In this document: positions 27,765-33,651 of the stretch, in pieces | Layout of the letters: each line of letters begins with the position of its first letter | Numbering within the stretch: the first letter of the stretch is position 1 | Made by a program: the position numbers and the translations under genes | NCBI GenBank assembly: GCA_029932605.1 | Contig: JAOZPT010000026.1 | Location: 1-33,651, forward strand | Origin: Candidatus Zixiibacteriota bacterium | GTDB taxonomy: Bacteria; Zixibacteria; MSB-5A5; UBA10806; 4484-95 | Reading direction: 5' to 3' | Length of the DNA stretch: 33,651 nucleotides | Notes under the pieces: model-generated | Database searches by the model: none | The model's input: only the letters and a program-made list of their open reading frames with translations | Told to the model about the DNA's origin: nothing

Positions 27765-29609
27765 TTGACCGAGCACCTGCTTGTAGGATTGGCAAGCATC
27801 ATTGTCCTTGGTATTACCGCTCAATGGCTTTCCTGGCGGTTGCACCTTCCTGTAATATTGCTTTTGTTGGTTTTTGGTATTGTCGCCGGCCCCATCACCG
27901 GTATTGTCAATCCCGATGAGCTCTTCGGAGATTTACTCTTTCCCTTAGTATCTATTTCGATAGCTATCATACTGTTTGAGGGGGGACTCAACCTTCGAAT
28001 TAATGAACTGCGCCGGGTGGGAAGTGTGGTCAGGAATTTAACCACTATTGGAGTTGCTATTACATGGGCATTGTCTGCATTTGTGGCATATGTCTTTGTT
28101 GGTATGCAACTGGCACCGGCTATTTTGCTCGGAGCAATCCTAGTGGTTTCAGGTCCCACGGTCATCATTCCACTTTTAAGGCAGGTCAAGCCAGCAAGGA
28201 ATATCGGTTCGATTGTCAAGTGGGAAGGCATCATCAATGACCCGATCGGTGCCATATTGGCCGTTATAGTATTCGAGGTAATCATATCCGGTGGCATGCA
28301 AACAAGTTTAACGCTAATAATCTTTGGAGTAGCTAAGGCGGTGATATTTGGTGGTTTAATTGGTTTGTTTGGCGCTTTCGTTATAGTCTTGTTACTTAAG
28401 AGATTTTTAATACCTGATTTCCTTCAAAACCCTATTTCACTTATGTTCGTTATTATATGCTACACCGCATCTAATGTCTTTCAACTTGAATCTGGCCTTC
28501 TAGCCGTTACGGTGATGGGCATTGCACTGGCTAATCAGAAGTTTGTCTCCATCAAACAGATAACTGAATTTAAGGAAAACCTTCGAGTTCTGCTGATATC
28601 AAGCCTGTTTATAATACTTGCCTCAAGACTTGATCTCGAACAAACTTTGTTTTTTAACACGGCAAATTGGGTGTTTGTTGTGTTATTGATTGTTGTAGTC
28701 CGGCCAGTAGCGGTTTTCTTATCGACCCTAGGCTTAAAGCTCGGACGTAATGAACGTTTTTTTCTTGCCTGGATGGCACCTCGAGGAATAGTGGCGGCAG
28801 CAGTTGCCTCGGTTTTTGCCATGCGCTTGGTGGAGAGAGGCTTTGATAACTATACTTCCCCTGTTGCCCTGGTATTCCAGGCCATTATTGGGACAGTTGT
28901 CGTATATGGTCTCACCGCTTCCCATGTTGCTCGTTGGTTGAAATTGGCCAAGCCCAATCCCCAGGGTGTCCTATTTGCCGGTGCACAACCTTGGGCACAG
29001 TCAATTGCCAATCTACTCAAATCCGAGGGGTTCGAGGTTGCTTTAGTCGATTCCAACTGGGATAATGTAACTACTGCCCGCAATGCAGGTCTTAGAGCAT
29101 ATTACTCCAATATCCTCTCTGAGAATTTGTTGTATGATGTCCAGCTAAATGGTATTGGTCGACTTTTCGCCATTACACCTAATGACGAGGTAAATTCGCT
29201 GGCCACACTGCATTTTGTCGATGTTTTCGGGACATCTGAGGTTTATCAACTACCTTTATCGACCAAGAGCAAGGTTGAGCGTCGGGAGCCCCGGCCTTTA
29301 CACCTGCGGGGAAGATATCTGTTTGATAAAAAAGCAACGCATGATTATCTCACCGCACGTTTTCAATCCGGAGCGGTAGTCAAAAAGACTTTAATAACCG
29401 AGGAATTTAACTATGATTCCTTTAACTCCATGTATGGTAAGACGGCACTTCCTATTTTTATAATAACGGAATCAGGTGACTTGAAAGTATGCACCGCTGA
29501 TAGTTCTCCATCACCAAGCCCCGGAGAGAAACTGATAAGCATTGTTGATGAGCCTGAAGATGAAAAGAAGATCCCTCCAGATAAAAACGGGAAAAGTAAT
29601 AATCGGTAA
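27765..29609 (+). CDS. CPA1 (NhaP-like) cation:proton antiporter with C-terminal TrkA-N/RCK-like domain
   Basis: ~12 TM segments, ILFEGGL, SGPTV, WEGIINDPIG, ESGLLAV, APRGIVAA, then a soluble Rossmann-like tail. Confidence 0.9.
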   Translation: MTEHLLVGLASIIVLGITAQWLSWRLHLPVILLLLVFGIVAGPITGIVNPDELFGDLLFPLVSISIAIILFEGGLNLRINELRRVGSVVRNLTTIGVAITWALSAFVAYVFVGMQLAPAILLGAILVVSGPTVIIPLLRQVKPARNIGSIVKWEGIINDPIGAILAVIVFEVIISGGMQTSLTLIIFGVAKAVIFGGLIGLFGAFVIVLLLKRFLIPDFLQNPISLMFVIICYTASNVFQLESGLLAVTVMGIALANQKFVSIKQITEFKENLRVLLISSLFIILASRLDLEQTLFFNTANWVFVVLLIVVVRPVAVFLSTLGLKLGRNERFFLAWMAPRGIVAAAVASVFAMRLVERGFDNYTSPVALVFQAIIGTVVVYGLTASHVARWLKLAKPNPQGVLFAGAQPWAQSIANLLKSEGFEVALVDSNWDNVTTARNAGLRAYYSNILSENLLYDVQLNGIGRLFAITPNDEVNSLATLHFVDVFGTSEVYQLPLSTKSKVERREPRPLHLRGRYLFDKKATHDYLTARFQSGAVVKKTLITEEFNYDSFNSMYGKTALPIFIITESGDLKVCTADSSPSPSPGEKLISIVDEPEDEKKIPPDKNGKSNNR

Positions 29610-29729
29610 TTTTTGATTTAAGTTACCAACGCTTATAATACCGGAAATATAAAGAACGTAACCCTTGATTATACAAATGACATATAGGCAAATGTGTCGT
29701 GGAAGATCCACAGTAGATTAAAGCCGCAC

Positions 29730-30725
29730 TCAAATTACTTTTAAAATATCCTCAATGGATTTCTCCAATGGTCTGTGACTGTAGCCAAGTTCCCGTTCGG
29801 CTTTTTTCGAAGTGTAGAAGAATCTCATTTTCGCCAGTCGAGCGATAGTACGATTAAGGATTGGCTTTTTATCCTTGAACAAGTAAAAAGATTCCGCCAA
29901 TAACCCGGCAAGATAAACTCCCCATAACGGTATTTTAACTAATGGTCTTTTGATACCCAGATATTTTTCGGCTAGGTAGAAAGCTTTTTGTGGGTCTATA
30001 TCTTCGCCGGCTAAAATATATCTCTGACCAGGTTGGCCTTTAACCATAGCTAAGATTATGCCGTCGATAACGTCGTCCGTTTCTACAAGATTTATACCGA
30101 AATCGAAATAAACAGGAAGCCTTCTGGGAATTTTTTTCAAATCTTTTCTGGTCAATTCCCTATCTGGTGGCGATATCATTATCGATGGATTTACTACCAC
30201 CGCCTCAAGGGGGTTGACATTGGCTCTGAGGGCAAGCTTTTCTGCCTGGTACTTGGTCTCAAAATAAGGGATACCGTAACCAGCGAGGTTGAAGCTGGCG
30301 CTTTCATCAAGCGGTGTGCCATCTACAGAACCACCAACAGCACCAACTGTAGATATGTGGATAAGTCTTTTGACATTAGAAGAGAAACAAGATTCGACAA
30401 CAGCTTTAGTACCATTTACATTTATATTATACATGTAGTCAGATTTTGCCTGTTGTGATCTTGCTAACGGTCGAAGGCTAACCTTAGCCGCACAATGAAT
30501 AACGATATCGCAACCCTTTACTGCTCCGTGAAGCCAGTTTGGTGTTAGAAGGTCACCGAAAACCGGTTCTGCCTCAGGTGGACACCATCGTTGGGCTTTT
30601 TCAACGGAACGGTAATGAGCCCGTACCCTGTAGCCATGCGATATTAACCTTCGCACAAGTCGTCGGCCAAGCTGACCGCTGGCGCCTGTTACAAGAATAA
30701 AAGCGGTCTTGTTCACGAATGGCAA
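29730..30725 (-). CDS. NAD-dependent epimerase/dehydratase (HpnA/dihydroflavonol reductase-like SDR)
   Basis: VTGASGQLG, HCAA, NVNGT, YFETK, VVVNPS, GQRYIL, KAERELGY. Confidence 0.85.
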   Translation of the reverse strand: MPFVNKTAFILVTGASGQLGRRLVRRLISHGYRVRAHYRSVEKAQRWCPPEAEPVFGDLLTPNWLHGAVKGCDIVIHCAAKVSLRPLARSQQAKSDYMYNINVNGTKAVVESCFSSNVKRLIHISTVGAVGGSVDGTPLDESASFNLAGYGIPYFETKYQAEKLALRANVNPLEAVVVNPSIMISPPDRELTRKDLKKIPRRLPVYFDFGINLVETDDVIDGIILAMVKGQPGQRYILAGEDIDPQKAFYLAEKYLGIKRPLVKIPLWGVYLAGLLAESFYLFKDKKPILNRTIARLAKMRFFYTSKKAERELGYSHRPLEKSIEDILKVI

Positions 30726-30741
30726 ATTAATAAAGTACCTG

Positions 30742-31308
30742 TTAACTTTCTAAAACTACTTTGGCCATTGGGGTATATGTTGGGCCACGGGGAGAAAGGT
30801 CAGATTTGAAAATAACTACCTGATTAATATTGAATTCGTCAGATTTGAATTGTATTTTTTGAAGGTTTTCGGTCAAAACCTCAAGGCCCTTCGGAAACTT
30901 TATACGACCAATTGTCAGATGCGGTGAAAACGTTTTATCAGCTTTATCGTAACCGCATCGGCGGCAGGCTGATTCTACTTCGTTCGCCAGAGTTTTAAAA
31001 TTTTCTTCGTCACCACCGGTGCCTAGCCAGATGACCCGTGGCCTTCTCATGTTGGGGAAACAGCCCAGACCGCTTAAGCATATCGAAAACGGCTTGGTAT
31101 TTTCAAGGTTTTTTCTAAGCTGTTCGGCTAATGCTGGAACCGAATCACTTTCAATGTTACCCAGAAAGCGAAGAGTGAAATGAAGGTTTGCTGCTTTGAC
31201 CCAGCGAACACCTCCGGCAAGCGGTTTTAAAGACACGACCAATTTATCGACCTGACGTTTTAAATGGTCGGGCAATTCAACTGCAATAAAAGTACGGACC
31301 TGCCCCAT
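30742..31308 (-). CDS. thpR: RNA 2',3'-cyclic phosphodiesterase (2H phosphoesterase)
   Basis: RTFIAV, two HxT motifs (LHFTLRFLG, FSPHLTIGR), PRVIW, GPTY. Confidence 0.92.
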   Translation of the reverse strand: MGQVRTFIAVELPDHLKRQVDKLVVSLKPLAGGVRWVKAANLHFTLRFLGNIESDSVPALAEQLRKNLENTKPFSICLSGLGCFPNMRRPRVIWLGTGGDEENFKTLANEVESACRRCGYDKADKTFSPHLTIGRIKFPKGLEVLTENLQKIQFKSDEFNINQVVIFKSDLSPRGPTYTPMAKVVLES

Positions 31309-31396
31309 GATATTTGATTTTATTATAAATGCGATTTTTTTGCAAGGTTATTTGAATATTTAACAGTGTACTCATTTCCTGTCGAGATTTGTCTGG

Positions 31397-32914
31397 TTAT
31401 AATACTACCGGTAAATAATACAGTTCACCCTGACGTTCAATTATAAATAGCACTTTGTAACCAGAGTGGATATTCTCGATTGTTTTTTTATAGTCGTTGA
31501 TATCTTTGATGGATGTGCGATTAATGCGACGTATAATATCACCCTCTTGGAGTCCCCAACTGGAGGCGAGGCTGTTTTCTTTTACATCGGCTATCATCAC
31601 CCCTCTATTATCTCTGATTCCATATATACCAGCGAGCTGTTTGGTAATGGTTACAACATTTAAACCGAACCGGTCAGTATATGACGGTGCGTTCTTTATG
31701 GGTAATTCCTCGGGGGTGAGGTTGATGTTTAGCGTGTCTTTATCGCGAAGGATTGTCACCGTCAATGTTGAACCGACACGGGCATAAGTGATAACCTCTT
31801 CCCAGTCGGATGAATTGCTAATCTCTTCATCGTTGACTTTAAGAAGGACATCGCCGGGTTTTACCCCCGATTTCTTGGCTGGTGACATATCATCTATTGA
31901 AGCAACGATGAGGCCGGATTTTTTGTTTAGGCCAAGGCTTTGGGCTAAAACAGGGGTAATTCTCTGAAGCTTCAAGCCAACCCAGGACCTGGTTACTTCG
32001 CCGGTGCTAATCAGGTCTCCGATTATAACCTTAGCACGGTTTATCGGGATGGCAAAGCCGATACCTTCAGAGCCCTGACTCGAAGTAAATATAAATGTAT
32101 TTATCCCTACAACTTCTCCATTGGCATTGACCAAAGGACCACCGGAGTTTCCAGGGTTGATGGCAGCATCGGTTTGTATCATATTACGATAAACCTGCTT
32201 CTGCCTAGCTCCCGGTTTGATATCACGATTTACTGCTGATATAACCCCTACGGTCACGGTGGGTTTGGTGTCGTCGAGAAGGTAGCCGAATGGGTTACCG
32301 ATAGCGATTGCCCATTCACCGGTGATAAGCTCATCCGAATTGCCCATAATGGCGTAAGGAAGATCCCGCTTATCGGAGACCAATTTCAAGACAGCCAGGT
32401 CGAATGACTCATCTGAACCGATGAGTATACCGTTGTACTGCTCTCCATTTGTCAGGGTAATGGTAATCTCCTCAGCACCACGAACAACATGGTCGTTGGT
32501 GAGGATATACCCCTCAGGATTAATGATGATACCCGAACCAAGCGAGTGAACCTGGCGGCGATATTCTCTGGGCCCGAGGAAGAAAAAGTTCCAGAAATCA
32601 GCTCCAAAACCTGGATTGGTTTGTTGATAAATGTGGGTTTGTGTCACGAAAATAGAGACCACAGCCGGACCTACCTTTTCAGCTGCCTCAACAATGGCAT
32701 TTCGTCGGGAACTGGTGATCTCTACATTTAAGTTCTGTTTGTCACTTACAGGAATTATTTTTTCTGCAGTTTGATGAGTATCTTTATCATCTGCTATTTG
32801 TAAGGTTGGTTCTGTCTTTGAGAGGAGTTTTATTATACCGAGTGTGGATACGGAGCCCAACAAGGCTCCAATTATGACAACGGCTATTATCCCAAGTATC
32901 TGAGTGTTTCTCAT
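31397..32914 (-). CDS. HtrA/DegP (Do-family) serine protease with two PDZ domains
   Basis: N-terminal TM, GSGI, TNDHV, FDLAV, IQTDAAINPGNSGGPL, PDZ domains. ATG 32914 chosen; the ORF is open to 32926. Confidence 0.93.
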   Translation of the reverse strand: MRNTQILGIIAVVIIGALLGSVSTLGIIKLLSKTEPTLQIADDKDTHQTAEKIIPVSDKQNLNVEITSSRRNAIVEAAEKVGPAVVSIFVTQTHIYQQTNPGFGADFWNFFFLGPREYRRQVHSLGSGIIINPEGYILTNDHVVRGAEEITITLTNGEQYNGILIGSDESFDLAVLKLVSDKRDLPYAIMGNSDELITGEWAIAIGNPFGYLLDDTKPTVTVGVISAVNRDIKPGARQKQVYRNMIQTDAAINPGNSGGPLVNANGEVVGINTFIFTSSQGSEGIGFAIPINRAKVIIGDLISTGEVTRSWVGLKLQRITPVLAQSLGLNKKSGLIVASIDDMSPAKKSGVKPGDVLLKVNDEEISNSSDWEEVITYARVGSTLTVTILRDKDTLNINLTPEELPIKNAPSYTDRFGLNVVTITKQLAGIYGIRDNRGVMIADVKENSLASSWGLQEGDIIRRINRTSIKDINDYKKTIENIHSGYKVLFIIERQGELYYLPVVL

Positions 32915-33050
32915 ATCTTTCCCCACTTCAATTTATCGGATATTTATACTTAAGTGCAATAATAAAGTTTCAAAGGTTCGATGTTGGATGATCATAGTTG
33001 ATTACCGTGGATTTTTGAATGCATTTTAATAAACACCGTGGTTTTTATAT

Positions 33051-33079
33051 TTGAAACAGAAACGAAAATATGTTAATAT
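33051..33079 (+). promoter_or_regulatory. Putative sigma-70 promoter of selD
   Basis: TTGAAA, 17 bp spacer, TAATAT with an extended -10 TG. Confidence 0.45.
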
Positions 33080-33123
33080 ACCGGTCAAGATATGAATGCG
33101 GGATTTGTTGATAAGAGGAGAGG

Positions 33124-33651
33124 ATGACCGCCAAGAAGATAAAATTAACTGAATACACCGCATGTGCTGGCTGAGCGTCGAAGTTTTCGCCTGAAGCGAT
33201 GGTCCAGGTTCTGGGCCGGATGTCTCAACGCAAATTTGACAACGTTCTCGTCGGCACCGAGTTCTTTGATGATGCCGGTGTTGTTAAATATGATGAACAT
33301 ATAGGCTTGGTGACCACTGTTGATTATTTTACTCCGGTTGTTGATGAGCCGCGTGATTTTGGTCGAATCGCTGCCGCTAATTCATTGTCGGATATTTATG
33401 CTATGGGAGCAACGCCTATTGCGGCCTTGAATATTACCGGCTTTCCGGAGAAGAAACTGCCATTAGAGATTTTGACTGAGATATTATCAGGAGGATTGGA
33501 GATAACCTCTAAAGCTGACATACCGATAGTTGGTGGGCATACGCTTACAAGCGATGAGCCATTTTATGGGCTGTCAATTGTGGGAAAGGTGAAGATAGAG
33601 CAGATGATGACAAATTCCAATTCTCGACCTGGTGATCTCTTATATCTGACT
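33124..33651 (+). CDS. selD: Selenide, water dikinase (selenophosphate synthetase) with Sec at codon 17; truncated by the window end
   Basis: Reads MTAKKIKLTEYTACAG-U(TGA 33172-33174)-ASKFSP...DDAGV...TTVDYFTPVVD...FGRIAAANSLSDIYAMG...VGGHT...YGLSIVG...RPGD. AGAGGAG RBS upstream. Not in the ORF track. Confidence 0.95.
33201..33217 (+). promoter_or_regulatory. Candidate SECIS hairpin of selD
   Basis: GGTCCA-GGTTC-TGGGCC. The G-initiated loop starts 32 nt after the in-frame UGA. Confidence 0.6.

Noticed and set aside
248..32731. Numerous short ORFs antisense to or nested within the called genes (e.g. 8517-9008, 13129-13683, 23881-24339, 27821-28297)
   Set aside because: Shadow ORFs of well-supported genes with no recognisable motifs.

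Overview
Gene-dense, fairly AT-rich bacterial chromosomal segment. The short Bacteroidetes/Chlorobi-like sigma-70 together with strong Shine-Dalgarno sites suggests an FCB-group lineage such as Zixibacteria, but this is inference. Housekeeping genes include thyX-nrdJ, a YbhB/PEBP protein, two nucleotide-sugar enzymes (one split by an in-frame TAA), a sigma-70 factor, three HtrA/DegP proteases, an acyl-CoA thioesterase, lpdA, dCMP deaminase, a CPA1 antiporter, an SDR and thpR. The window ends in a UGA(Sec)-containing selD that the ORF track missed. Most notable: (1) a co-oriented cyclic-nucleotide module made of a cNMP-PAS-histidine kinase, a DUF3307-like membrane protein, a tandem class III cyclase-STAND-TPR protein and a ZU5-like HFS lipoprotein; (2) an FmdB zinc-ribbon gene that is probably a hidden C-terminal selenoprotein with a SECIS-like hairpin; (3) a ~160-200 bp structured direct repeat bracketing an orphan wzx-asnB cassette; (4) a PdxJ-fold protein that has lost nearly all catalytic residues. 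No rRNA, tRNA, CRISPR array or transposase was seen.
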